Positions 41,283 to 54,286 of a stretch of DNA of 64,000 nucleotides are shown piece after piece. The DNA is from Octopus vulgaris. Taxonomy: Eukaryota. Made by a program: the position numbers and the translations under genes. The notes beneath the pieces were generated by a model. It did not search any database, was not told the DNA's origin, and saw nothing but the letters and a program-made list of their open reading frames with translations. Every line of letters begins with the position of its first letter. Position 1 is the first letter of the stretch. The stretch covers positions 26,660,001-26,724,000 of the forward strand of contig OX597839.1 of NCBI GenBank assembly GCA_951406725.2. Direction: 5' to 3'.

Positions 41283-42035
41283 TTAGAAAATTACTATTTT
41301 TAAGCCTCACAATGAGAGATACTCAGCAACAGTACTTTGGAATAAAGATTACTAGCAGTATCGCCTGGCATTGCTTGGGTTTGTTTCGACCCTTTAGAAT
41401 TGGAATTTTTGAAAAGTAAAAGTTTTGCATTATATAGCTTGTTATTCTCTTTAAGTGAACATTTTTCTGGTTGAAATACAGAGAAAAATGACGACACAGC
41501 AGTCAAAACATCGTAAAAAATAAGGATTTTCATAGAAAAAAAAAGCACCTTTTTGATGTAAATAATTTTTGGTGTTAACATGGTCCGATTTGAATTTTTT
41601 TCTTCTACGGAAGGAAGAGCAAGCCTTCTTCTATCATACTCTCAACTTTGGTCAACTTGTGCCACAGGGGCTCGGAGGAGATAGTTTTAGTTGAAGGCTA
41701 CCAAACCTGCCATACACAGACAACTTCAGCTTTATATATAGAGAGATTTGCCAACATAACATGGCATTCCTGGTTTAGGACGAATGTTGCTGTAATTTAA
41801 CCCCACGAGACATTGTCTCCAGCTGGCTATACGGCATGATCTGTTCCCTTGTTCAAAAATATAAAGACATATATTGTGTCATATAGCCAGCTTGAGACAA
41901 TGTCTCCTGGGGCTAAATTACAGCAACATTCGTCCTAAACCAGGACTGCCATGTTATGTTGGCAAACAATCTTTACTCCAAAGTATTGTGGCTGAATATC
42001 TCTTGGTGTAAGGTTTAAAAATAGTAATTTTCTAA
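41283..42035. mobile_element. Long-TIR MITE (foldback) with a Helitron-like insertion in the left arm
   Basis: Left arm 41283-41350 + 41748-41830 is the reverse complement of 41884-42035; insertion at 41351-41747. Confidence 0.85.
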
Positions 42036-42300
42036 TGACAAAAGTTGTTTTATTAAATTCTTTGTTATTTTGGAAATCCAGTGAAACAAAAGGCATCATT
42101 CATTTGCTGATCGACTGGCTTTTTGGATTGTGCACAATTATACCCTGATTTCACTTACAAGGGTTAGGGGTTTGATGCAAAGGTTGATGGGAGAAAATCG
42201 ATCAAGGTGCTGTGTAGTGGGATTGAGCCCAGAGCCACATGGATGTGATCTAAACATTCTAGCAATCTCCCATCACCACCACCATCACCACCACCATCAC

Positions 42301-42338
<38 letters not shown>

Positions 42339-43012
42339 GCATACACACACACATATATATACACACACACACATATGGATGTATTTTCAAATATATGTGT
42401 ATGTGTGTTTATATATATATAGACACGCACACACACACACACATACACACATACACACATACACACACATACACACACACACACACACAAACACACACAT
42501 ACACACATACACACACTCACACACACACACACACACACATACACACATACACACATACACACACTCACACACACACACACATATGTATATCCTTTAATGT
42601 CCATTTGCCATGATGGCAACACACACAAACACACACACATATGTATATACATATATATGTGTGTGTGAGTGCATGTATATTATACACACACACACATACC
42701 ACACACACACACACACACACACTTGGTGGTGCACACAGACTTAAGCAAGTCTTTTTATAAGTCTTTTATAATCCAAATACCAACGATATGGAACAACCTT
42801 CTCTCAAGACAAACTGAATGTCAAAATGTCTGGGAATAGCAGTTGGTAGTGGCAGCAACTGCATTGGTGGTAGTGGTGGAGGTGGTGGTTGTGGTGGCGG
42901 TAGTGGTTGCAGTAGCGGTGGTAGTGTTGATGTTGTTGTTATGAAATGCGTATCAATATTTTCTAAAACTCAGAAATACCAAACAGTAAAAAAAAAAAAA
43001 AATAAAAAAAAC

Positions 43013-43179
43013 AAGGAGTGGCTGTGTGGTAAGTAGCTTGCTAACCAACCACATGGTCCCGGGTTCAGTCCCACTGCGTGGCATCTTGGGCAAGTGTCTT
43101 CTGCTATAACCCGGGGCCGACCAATGCCTTGTGAGTGGATTTGGTAGACGGAAACTGAAAGAAGCCTGTCGTATATATG

Positions 43180-43212
<33 letters not shown>

Positions 43213-43428
43213 TTGTGTGTCTGCTGTGTTTGTCCCCCTAGCATTGCTTGACAACCGATGCTGGTGTGTTTACGTCCCTGTCACTTAGCGGTTCGGCAAA
43301 AGAGACCGATAGAATAAGTACTGGGCTTACAAAGAATAAGTCCCGGGGTCGATTTGCTCGACTAAAGGTGGTGCTCCAGCATGGCCGCAGTCAAATGACT
43401 GAAACAAGTAAAAGAGTAAAAGAGTAAA
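43013..43428 (+). mobile_element. Full-length family A SINE
   Basis: Head and tail match the consensus. Confidence 0.92.
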
Positions 43429-43935
43429 GGTGCAGGCATGGCTGTGTGGTAAGAAGTTTGGTTGCAGGTTCAGTCCCACTCTCTGCATGCAGCACCTTGG
43501 GCAAGTATCTTCAACTGTAGTCTCGGAGCTGACCAAGGCCTTTGTGAGTGGATTTGGTAGACAGAAGAACACAAAGGTATGTGTGTATGTGTACATGTGT
43601 GCGTGTATATATGATGGGCTTCCACACAGTTTCCATTTATCAAATTCTCTCATGCAGCATTGCTTGTCCTAGGCTGGTAGTGCAAGGTGCCATCCAGTGG
43701 GATTGAACCTCAAACCGCATGGTTGAAAAGCTAGTTTCTTCCCCACACATCCATACCTGCACCTATATATATATATATATATATATATTTATAAAATTAG
43801 TGTACATTTAAACACAAAAAGAGGTGAGCTTTAACAGGTTGCCTTACATGCTAGAAAGAACAGTCAAAAAGTCCTAAACCACAGTTAAGAACAATTTCGA
43901 AGGGAATGAAAAATAAAAACATTTGCCATGTTTTA

Positions 43936-44009
43936 CAGCTGGACCTTTGGTTTCAAACTTTAATTAGCAAATAAAATAATTAGCAAGGCGAAGTTTTCAT
44001 CAGTGGGTA
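43936..44009 (-). ncRNA. Hammerhead motif with intact core and weak stem I
   Basis: On -: CTGATGA-AAACTT...AAGTTT-GAAA-CC aaa GG-TC; GUC triplet; stem I poorly paired. Confidence 0.6.
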
Positions 44010-44055
44010 CGCCAAACATTAACATATAAATTAGAGACAAAATAATATGTCTCAT

Positions 44056-44104
<49 letters not shown>

Positions 44105-44107
<3 letters not shown>

Positions 44108-44279
44108 CTCATTTTACTTGTTTCAGTCATTTGACTGTGGCCATGCTGGAGCACCGCCTTTAGTCGAGCAAATCGACCCCGGGACTTATTCTTTGTAAGC
44201 CCTGTACTTATTCTATCGGTCTCTTTTTGCCGAGCCGCTAAGTGACGGGGACGTAAACACACCAGCATCGGTTGTCAAG

Positions 44280-44311
<32 letters not shown>

Positions 44312-44480
44312 CATGTATACGACGGGCTTCTTTCAGTTTCCGTCTACCAAATCCACTCACAAGGCATTGGTTGGCCCGAGGCTATAGCAGAAGACACTTG
44401 CCCAAGGTGTCATGCAGTGGGACTGAACCCGGAACCATGTGGTTGGTTAGCAAGCTAATTACCACACTGCCACTCCTGTG

Positions 44481-44485
<5 letters not shown>
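44105..44485 (-). mobile_element. Family A SINE
   Basis: Match to the consensus with a small internal deletion. Confidence 0.9.
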
Positions 44486-44516
<31 letters not shown>

Positions 44517-44643
44517 GGATAGTGATGGATTATTAATCCAGGCAAAATACTTCATAAATTCTCTGTTGGCAAGCCAGAGTTTTCTTTTATTGTGTTTCTT
44601 TTCTTTTTGTGTTTGGTAAAAATCCTCTTTTCTTTTTTTGCAG

Positions 44644-44775
44644 TGCAAATGTATCAATGAATGAGGGGAACATCATAGATTTGAACCCTAATCCAGAGAA
44701 TCGGCTGCGGAAGAGAGTGTGTGGTGGTTCAACCATGAGGATGTTCATAATGGCAGATTTGAGTCCTAAAGATGG
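44644..44775 (+). CDS. Internal coding exon (132 nt, phase 2-2) of an unidentified gene
   Basis: Strong acceptor CCTCTTTTCTTTTTTTGCAG| and donor TGG|GTAAGG. Only one frame is open: ANVSMNEGNIIDLNPNPENRLRKRVCGGSTMRMFIMADLSPKDG. Confidence 0.72.
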
Positions 44776-44934
44776 GTAAGGTTTACAAAATTAGTCTTTA
44801 TTTTATGTATTACAGAGTCTTGGTTTGTACCAGGGAGGTATCTTGCTCCCTAATCCGGCGGAAAGATTGAACGTTCCTAAAATGTTAACAGTGGAAATGT
44901 TGTTGTTGTTGTTACTGTTTGTTTGTTTCTTTCT

Positions 44935-45300
44935 TTGTTGAGCGAAGCGGTCTTCGTCCCAGTAGTGGGAGAAGTCCGAAACGTGGTTCTTTGCTATTCG
45001 TAAGACTCGCAGAAGAGAAAGCAGGTCAACCCTCGACACCGAGAGCATCGATGGATGGATGAATGCGCATCCTGGCTCAGCGGTTGCGTAGGAAGTCGGG
45101 GACAAGAAACAGGAAGAAAGAGTGAGAGAAAGTTGGGGCAAAAGAGTAAGGCAGGGTTTGCCACCACCCCCTGCCGGAGCCTTGTGGAGCTTTAAGTGTT
45201 TTCGCTCAATAAACACACACAACGCCTGGTCTGGGAATCGAAACCGCGATCCTCCGACCACGAGTCCGCTGCCCTAACCACTGAGCCATTGCGCCTCCAC
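44935..45300 (-). mobile_element. SINE with a family D head but a different 3' half
   Basis: First ~190 nt on - match 26020/30287; the remainder is unrelated to them. Confidence 0.85.
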
Positions 45301-45369
45301 TGTTGTTGCTGTTGTTGTTGTTGGCATTGGTGGTGGTGGTGCTGTTGCTGCCATTGTCGTTGTTGTTTA

Positions 45370-46055
45370 GTTTCAGTCTAGACCAGATCCTTTTGATCCA
45401 TGATCAAACGTGACCCCAGTTCAGATCACATCAAGCAATCTGTAGTGAAATGATGATCCGCTTCAATCCAGATCCATGATCAAATGTGACCCCAGTTCAG
45501 GCCAGATCCTTGAGATATGTGATCAAATACACAGATATCAGATCTCTTTTTGCAGAGCTATGGCCAAGGGTGAACGCAGTTTAATCTGGGTCCAATACGC
45601 CTATGATAAATGGAGATCCCAGTTCATCCCAGATTCAACAGGCCTATGATAAAAACAGATCCAACTCAATCCAAATTCTCCAACAGATTTACCATCAAAT
45701 GTGATCCCAGTTCAGCCTGTCAAACCTGGGATCAGATGTAATCCCAGCTCAGCCTGGATCCAGCAGACCTGTGATCAAATGTGACCCCTAGTTCCGTCCA
45801 GGTCCAGTAGCTCTATGATCAAGTATGATTCCAGTTCAGTCTAGATCCAGCAGAATTATGATTACTTTGGTTCAGATCTAGCAGAACTATGATCAAATGT
45901 GACCCCCAGTTCAGCATGAATCCAGTAGAACTATGATCAAATGTGACCCCAGTTCAGCATGGATCCAGTAGAACTATGATCAAATGTGACCCCAGTTCAG
46001 CATGGATCCAGTAGAACTATAATCAAATGTGACCCCTAGTCAGTCCAGATCCAGG
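45370..46055. repeat. Degenerate ~42-44-bp tandem array
   Basis: TATGATCAAATGTGACCCCAGTTCAGCATGGATCCAGTAGAAC; best conserved at 45888-46050. Confidence 0.85.
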
Positions 46056-46426
46056 AGAAATACTTCAAGAGTACATGCTTTGTGGCATTTTGTCTGTCTT
46101 CACATTCTGTGTTCAATTCTCTCTGAGGTTGAATTTGCCTTTCATTCTTTTGGGGTTGTTGAAATAAGGACCAGTTGAGCACAGGGGTTGACAAAAATCA
46201 ACCAGCGCCAATCGCCAAAATTTCCAGTCTTATGCGTATACCGGACCAAATGCTTTATGGCATTTTGTCCATCTTTATGTTCTGAGTTCAAATTCTGCTG
46301 AGGTTGACTTTGCCTTTCATCCTTTCGGGGTGGATAAATTAAGTACCAGTTGAACACTGGGGTCAATGTAATCGATTTATCCCCCTCCCCCTAAAATTGC
46401 TGCCCTTGTGGCAAAATTTGAAATCG

Positions 46427-46800
46427 TTATTACCTCTGCCTTAGCAAAGGCAGAGGTATTGTTTTTAGTTGTGTTTGTTTCTTTGTTTGTCTGTGGATAA
46501 GATATCTCAACTCGTTGGATGGATTCAGATGAAACTTTCAGAGATGTTTGGCCTTGTGTCTGGCACAAACTGATTAGATTTTGGGACCAATCTGGTACCA
46601 GACAAGGATTCTGGATTATTTTTCCTGTTTTATTTACTTAATTTTTGAGAGTGGTCGGGTTCATTTTTAGTATTCTCGTTTGTGAGAACAATCGAGCTTA
46701 TTTCAGATATTCTCATTTTAAAAATCATCTCTGGCTAATCACCGAGAGGATGTTGGTGTTGCCTTGGCGGAGGTTGATTGTTCTCTGGGTGGTCTTGTTA
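46427..46800 (+). mobile_element. Helentron-associated (HINE/DINE-like) non-autonomous element
   Basis: 5' hairpin TACCTCTGCCTT-AGCA-AAGGCAGAGGTA, (GTTT/GTCT)n microsatellite, 3' sub-terminal inverted repeat GGCGGAGGT. Confidence 0.65.
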
Positions 46801-46874
46801 TTATTATTCTGCCAGCTTGCCGTCTTCAAGATATTGAGCTTGCAGAATCGTTGGCACACTGGACAGCAATATTT

Positions 46875-47008
46875 GGTCCACATGGTTCTGGGTTTATTCT
46901 CACTGCGTGGCACCTTGGGCAAGTGTCTTCTACTATAGCCTCGGGCCGACCAAAGCCTTGTGAGCGGATTTGGTAGGCGGAAACTGAAAGAAGCCTGTCG
47001 TATATATG

Positions 47009-47041
<33 letters not shown>

Positions 47042-47471
47042 ATGTTTGTGTGTCTGTGTTTGTCCCCACCCCAGCATCGCTTGACAACTGATGCTGGTGT
47101 GTTTATGTCCCCGTCACTTAGCGGTTCGGCAAAAGGGACCGATAGAATAAGTACTAGGCTTACAAAAGAATAAGTCCCGGGGTCGATTTGCTCGACTAAA
47201 GGTGGTGCTCCAGCATGGCCGTAATCAAATGACTGAAACAAGTAAAAGAGTAAAGTATACTCTTTTACTTGTTTCAGTCATTTGACTGCAGCCATGCTGG
47301 AGCACCGCCTTTAGTCGAGCAACTCGACCCCGGGACTTATTCTTTTGTAAGCCCAGTACATTATTCTATCGGTCTCTTTTGCCGAACCGCTAAGTAACGG
47401 GGACATAAACACACCAGCATTGGTTGTCAAGCAATGCTAGGGGAACAAACCCAGACACACAAACACACACA

Positions 47472-47511
<40 letters not shown>

Positions 47512-47673
47512 TACGACAGGCTTCTTTCAGTTTCCGTCTACCAAATCCACTCACAAGGTATTGGTCGGCCCGGGCTATAGCAGAAGACACTTGCCCAAGG
47601 TGCCATGCAGTGAGAATAAACCCAGAACCATGTGGTTGGTTAGCAAGCTACTTACCACACAGCCACTCCTGCG

Positions 47674-47677
<4 letters not shown>
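46875..47677. mobile_element. Tail-to-tail pair of family A SINEs forming an ~800-bp palindrome
   Basis: + copy 46875-47255 and - copy 47258-47677; junction GAAACAAGTAAAAGAGTAAAGTATACTCTTTTACTTGTTTC. Confidence 0.92.
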
Positions 47678-47722
<45 letters not shown>

Positions 47723-48885
47723 GGTGTCTATAAATTACAGACATCACTAAATGTATCTCCAATGGTTGTTATATTTTTTTGATAACATAATAGGTTAGAT
47801 AGGATGATATCAATATAACAATAACCAACAATATGTTGTGCAAATATATAGTAATATTACAATCATGAAATTAGCATTAGCTTATCTCACTCTTTCTCAC
47901 GGAACCCCTAGGAACCTTTTGCAGAACCCTAGGGTTCCAGGGAACCCTGGTTGAGAAACGCTGGGCTAGAGTGTGACAGAGAGACAGAGAAGCAGAAACA
48001 AGGTGTCTTGTTATAAAGGTGTTGGCATTGTAGGAAAGGATCTGATGTCAGGTGATAAAAGGTTCGTCAGTTCTTAGGCTGGGTTGAATGGAGTGAAATA
48101 GGGAGAGAGTGCGATTGTCCTGATGGAAAATAAATATTGATTGATTAGATCATAGAGCAGTGTGATTGACTGGATCGATATCTCAGTGTTTACCTGGAGC
48201 AGGTGAATACTTAAAAGGAAACAGTGGTATTGTACTTTGGTAACAATGCATCATGGGATCGTTTCAACACCTTTTTTTTGTCTTTTCTTGCTTATTTTCC
48301 ATGTGGCGGGATACATCAATACGCACAAGTACATCACTGTCTTCATCATCGTCATCATTATCACCACAATTATCATCACCATCACCACCACTATCATCAT
48401 CATCATAACCACTACCATCATCATCATCATCATTGTTGTCGTCATCATAATCATCGTTATCATCATTGTCATCATTGTCACCAACATCGTCACCATCATC
48501 ATCACCATCATCATCATCTTCATTGCCATCATCATCTTCATCACCATCATCATCATCTTCATTGTCATCATCACCATCATCATCACCATCATCATCATCT
48601 TCATTGTCATCATCATCATCATCATCTTCATTGTCATCATCATTGTCATCATCATCATCCTCATCATTGTCATCATAATCATCGTCGTCGTTGTCATCAT
48701 CATCAGCCAACTTCCAGCACAGTCTGCTGTCATGTCCAGCGGACTGATCCTGGCATATGATATGGTTTATACAAGGGCAAGTTTCCTTTCTTTTACGTGG
48801 GGGCTGGGGACTCAGGAGTCACCACACCACACACACACATACACACCCATGGCGGAATTTTGAACTCAGAATGTTTCAACGGACG

Positions 48886-48930
<45 letters not shown>

Positions 48931-49069
48931 CAACAATAATCTTTTCTTCTCAAGGCACAGGCCCGAAATTTTGGGGGAGGGGGCCAGTCGATTAGATTGA
49001 CCCCAGTATGCAACTGGTACTTAATTTATCGACTCAGGAAAGGATGAAAGGCAAAGTCCGACCTCGGAC

Positions 49070-49477
49070 TTTGTTTCAGTCATTTGACTTGTTTCAGTCA
49101 TTTGACTGCGGCCATGCTGGAGCACCACCTTTAGTTGAGCAAATCGACCCCGGGACTTATTCTTTGTAAGCCCAGTACTTATTCTATCGGCCTCTTTTGC
49201 CGAACCGCTAAGTGATGGGGACGTAAACACACCAGCATCGGTTGTCAAGCAATGCTAGGGGAACAAGCACAGACACACAAACACACACACGCATATATAT
49301 ATACATATATACGACGGGCTTCTTTCAGTTTCCGTCTACCAACTCCACGCACAAGGCATTGGTCGGCCCGGGGCTATAGCAGAAGACACTTGCCCAAGGT
49401 GCCATGCAGTGGGACTGAACCCGGAACCATGTGGTTGGTTAGCAAGCTACTTACCACACAGCCACTCCTGCGCCTAT
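49070..49477 (-). mobile_element. Full-length family A SINE
   Basis: Match to the consensus. Confidence 0.9.
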
Positions 49478-50444
49478 ATATATGACACACATATTAATGG
49501 TGTCTCTGTTCCTCTTTCTCTTACTGTCTTGCGTAATATTTACTCCATTATTTACACAAAAGCTACCACGACCACCACCACCAACAACAACAATAACAAC
49601 AACACCACTATTTACAATCGTCCTTATTATTGCTGTGGATTCGGGGTTTTTAACAAAAAAATTTTTTTTGTGTGTTTATTTTCTCAATATGTATGTTGCA
49701 ATCTATTCACGAGCACGTCTCTTGCATAGCTGTGTTTGTATGCGTGTGTATGTGTGTGTGTATGCGTGTGTATGTGTGTGCGTGTGTGTGTATGCGTGTG
49801 TATGTGTGTGTATGCGTGTGTATGTGTGTGTGTATGCGTGTGTATGTGTGTGCGTGTGTGTGTGTGTATGCGTGAGTATGTGTAGTTGTGCGTGTGTATG
49901 CGTGCGTGTGTATGTGTGTGCGTGTGTACGCGTGTGTATGTGTGTGCGTGTGTGTGTATGCGTGTGCGTGTGTGTGTATGCGTGTGTATGTGTGTGCGCG
50001 TGTGTGTGTGTATGCGTGTGTATGTGTGTGCGTGTGTGTGTGTATGCGTGTGCGTGTATGCGGGTGCGTGTGTATGGGTGTGTGTGTGTGCCTATAGGTG
50101 TGTATGTGTGGTGCGTGTGTTTACATGTGAGAGGCCGTAATGAGAACACACCCACACATCTCGATTGCCAATGCAGACTTCCTTCTGCCCTGCTTAGCTT
50201 CTTCACTCCCCTTCCTCCTCCTCCTTCCCCCTCTCTCTATCTCTATACGTACACATGTGTTTATATATATATATATATACGTATCCTCCTCTTCTCCCCC
50301 ATCTCTCTCTACTGTTTCTTGGTGGGGGCGGCAGTAGGAGTGCGTACGTGTTTGGACCCGTGTGTGTGTGTGTGTGTCGCTACAGAGTCAACCTCGCTTG
50401 TACACACACACACACGCGCGCGCGCACACACACACACACATCTT

Positions 50445-51377
50445 CTGTTTCACGCATTTGACTGCGGTCATGCTGGAGCACCGCTCTGTAGAATTCTTAG
50501 TTGCAAACGAAACGACCCGCGGGCTTCATTTTGTTGTTGTTGTTGTTGTTGTTGCTGTTTTAAGCCTGGTACTTATTCTATCAGTCCGTTCTGCCGAACT
50601 GCTATGTTGCTGGGATGTAAACACACCAGCACCGGTTGTCAAGTGGCTCTGGTGGTGAGAGGGGGGATAAACACAGATACAAAGCTTTCCGTTTCCGTCC
50701 ACCAAATCCACTCAAGGCTTCGGTCGGCCCGGGGCTATAGCAGAAGACACTTGCCCAAGGTGCCACGCAGTGGGACTGAACCCGGAACCATGTGGTTTGT
50801 ATGCAAGCTTCTTACCACACACAAATTATGTGTATACATGCATACATACATAGGTCCAAGCGAGCCTGTTGTGGTAAGAAGCTAGCTTCCCAACCACATA
50901 GTTCTGGGTTCAGTCCCTCTGCGCGGCACCTTGGACAAGTGTCTTCGACTACAGCTTGGAGCCAACGAATATATGTATGTATTTGTGTGTCTGTGTTTCC
51001 CCCCCCCCCCACCATCGCTTGACAACCGAAGCTGGTGTGTTTGCGTCACCGTAATTTAGCGGTTCGGCAAAAGATCCCGATAGAATAAGTACTAGGCTTA
51101 CAAAGAATAAATCCTGGGGTCGATTTGCTCGACTAAAGGCGCTGCTCCAGCATGGCCGCAGTCAAATGTGTGTGTGTTTGTATGTCTGTGTTTGTCCCCC
51201 CCAACATTGCTTGACAACCGATGCTGGTGTGTTTACGTCCCCATCACCTAGCGGTTCGGCAAAAGTGACCGATAAAATAAGTACTGGGCTTACAAAGAAT
51301 AAGTCCTTGCGCCGATTTGTTCGACTAAAGGTGGTGCTCCAGCATGGCCGCATTCGAATGACTGAAAGAGATAAAAG

Positions 51378-51378
<1 letters not shown>
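50445..51378. mobile_element. Cluster of family A SINE copies (-, +, +)
   Basis: 50445-50820 (-), ~50865-51165 (+), 51165-51378 (+, 3' half). Confidence 0.85.
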
Positions 51379-51430
<52 letters not shown>

Positions 51431-51527
51431 GTGTGTATATATATATAAATCCTTAAATCCTTAAAAATGTTTTAGCCCGAAGTCCGCGGCCATGCTGGGG
51501 CAATAAATTAATAAATAAAACATGTGC

Positions 51528-51574
<47 letters not shown>

Positions 51575-52310
51575 CCGAATGTTGTTTAGTTTCCTAGGTG
51601 CGCACTTGCCTGATAGCACCAGCTACATGGTGATAAGCGATTTATATGTGTGTGTATATGCATGTGTACATGTGCGTATATATGTGTTTGTGGATGTGTA
51701 TATATGTGTATTTATGTCTGTCAGTTTGTATATGTATGTATATGTGTATGTATATATATATATGTGTGTGTTTATGTCTGTGAGTCTCTATATGTATGCA
51801 TGTGCGTACGTGCATGGTCTGTGTTATCGCAATAGAGCTGATATACAATGAAAAGAATTCCCGCCAACCACGACCCACACACCTTTCTTTTGCAGGCGCA
51901 CTGTATGTAAGTAACCTCGAACACTAATCCTCAATTCGTCTCGTTATTGTCTGTCAAAACTCTGTAGGGGGACATAATTTGAAGGGACACCTGGCTGCTA
52001 TCTCTAGCAGGCCCTTACGAACCCCCCGCAAGAGAGCTTATGTAATTGGTGTATGCGTATAGCACGAAAGTGTAGGCGCTCGAGTCACTGTTGTTGCTTC
52101 GCATGTATAAACAATATTGCATGTGTGTGTGTGTGTGTGTGTGTCTGTACGCAATCAGATTTGTGTTTATGGGCAAAGAATGTATGTGCGTGGCTGTTTA
52201 TATGTGTGATTATATATATATATATATATATATATCATCACACACACACACACATTTATATATATATATATATAATCACACACACGCATATATATATATA
52301 TATATATAAT

Positions 52311-52348
<38 letters not shown>

Positions 52349-52382
52349 ATCACACACACACACACATATATATATGTATAAT

Positions 52383-52414
<32 letters not shown>

Positions 52415-53898
52415 ATCACACACATATATATTTACGAAACCTGGGTGCGTGTGTATCTGCGGCCACCCATCACCTCCGCTCCCCAGCTATTGTTTACGTT
52501 GCCCTTGTTTCGACGTTTTGGCAGCCAGCCTCGCTTTGGAATCTACTCCAACGTTACTGTAGCAGCAGCAGCAGCTGCAGTGGTGCTGGTCGTGGAGGTG
52601 GTAGGTGGCGGTAATAGTAGTAGTAGTAGTAGTTGTAACATTAGTAGTAGCTGCTGCTGCTGCTGGTGCTGTGGTTGTTGTTGTTGTCGTTATTTTTATT
52701 TCCGACTCGCCAACTGTTACGTTCCTTACATAACAACAACAACAACGACGATGACGACGACGACGACGACGCCTTCCACGGCGGCGGCGGCTGTGGCGGC
52801 TGTGGCAGAAGGTTAACGCACCCAACAATAAACTAGGACACGGTGATAGGGGCAATGGTGGTGGCGGAGGCGGTGGTGACGGTGACGACGATTACGTTAA
52901 TGGCGGTGGCGGTGGTGGTGGTGGTGGTGGTGGCTGTGGCGGTGATGGTATTGGTGGTGGTGGCTGTGGCGGTGGTGGTGGTGGTGGTGGCGATGGTGGT
53001 GGTGGTGGTGGTGGGCGATGGTGGTGGTGGTGGTGGCGGTGTATGGTGGTGGTAGTGGTGGTGGTGGCTGTGGCGGTGGTGGTGGTGGTGGTGGCTGTGA
53101 CTGTGGCGCGGTGGTGGTGGTGGTGGTGGCGGTGGTGGTGGTGGTGGCGGTGGTGGTGGTGGTGGTGGTGGTGGTGGTGGTGGTGGTGGTGGTGGCGGTA
53201 GAGATGATTACGATGATGATAACTATAATGATGATGATGGTGGTGGTCGTTGTGCTGCTTGTGGCGGTGGTGGCGATGGTAACGTTTCTTATTTCTCTTG
53301 GCGGCGGTGACGATGTTGCCATTATCGGTGGTGGTGTTGATATAACTAGTGGCGGCGGCGGCGGCGGCGGTGGTGGTGGTGGTGGTGGTGGTGGTGATTG
53401 CGTGGTTGAGTCTGCAGCTCAACCATGATGAAACAGACCTATGATCAAAGGCGTGCCAGCCGAGACCATCACGCCTCTATATAGCTAGAATTGTTTTATG
53501 AATTGTTTTTTCTTTTTTTTTTTACCTTTTATTACACGGTATCTGGCTGCTATTTCTAGCAGGTCGAGCTACTACATTGTGGTGCCGCGGCGGCGGCGGC
53601 GGTGATGATGTTGATGATGATGATGATTATAGTAGTGGTGGTGGTGGTGGTGGTGACGGAGCGATGCAGTTGATAGCAATGGTGGCGTTGGAAGAGGTGG
53701 GGAGGGAAGGTTGGCGCTTGTTGGTAAGGCGGCGGCGGCGTCGTCGTCGGTGGCGACGGTAGGGTGGTGGTGGTGGTGGTGGTGGTGGTGGTGGTGGTGG
53801 TGGTGGTGATGGCGGTGGGGTGTCACTGACGATAATAGCAACATCTGTGCTCAAATGCTTAGCAGCAGCATCAACACCAGCAGCAGTAGCAGCCGCAG

Positions 53899-53930
<32 letters not shown>

Positions 53931-54042
53931 TCAGTGCAGCGAAACACGATGGCGGAGGCGTCGGCATTACATTTCACAGTGGTGGTGGTGGTGGTGGTGA
54001 CGGTGGTGTGGGGTTGGGGAAATAGGTATGCTTAGAGTACTG

Positions 54043-54286
54043 GCGGCGGTGAGGTTATTAGTAAAGGTAAGGTGTTGCGGCGGTGAGGTTATTAGTAAAG
54101 GTAAGGTGTTGCGGCGGTGAGGTTATTAGTAAAGGTAAGGTGTTGCGGCGGTGAGGTTATTAGTAAAGGTAAGGTGTTGCGGCGGTGAGGTTATTAGTAA
54201 GGTAAGGTGTTGCGGCGGTGAGGTTATTAGTAAAGGTAAGGTGTTGCGGCGGTGAGGTTATTAGTAAAGGTAAGGTGTTGCGGCGG
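54043..54286. repeat. 34-bp minisatellite, ~7 copies
   Basis: GCGGCGGTGAGGTTATTAGTAAAGGTAAGGTGTT at 54043, 54077, 54111 and onward. Confidence 0.97.

Noticed and set aside
44816-44870. Next exon after a 40-nt intron (TTACAG|AGTC...)
   Set aside because: The intron is implausibly short and the frame stops after 18 codons.
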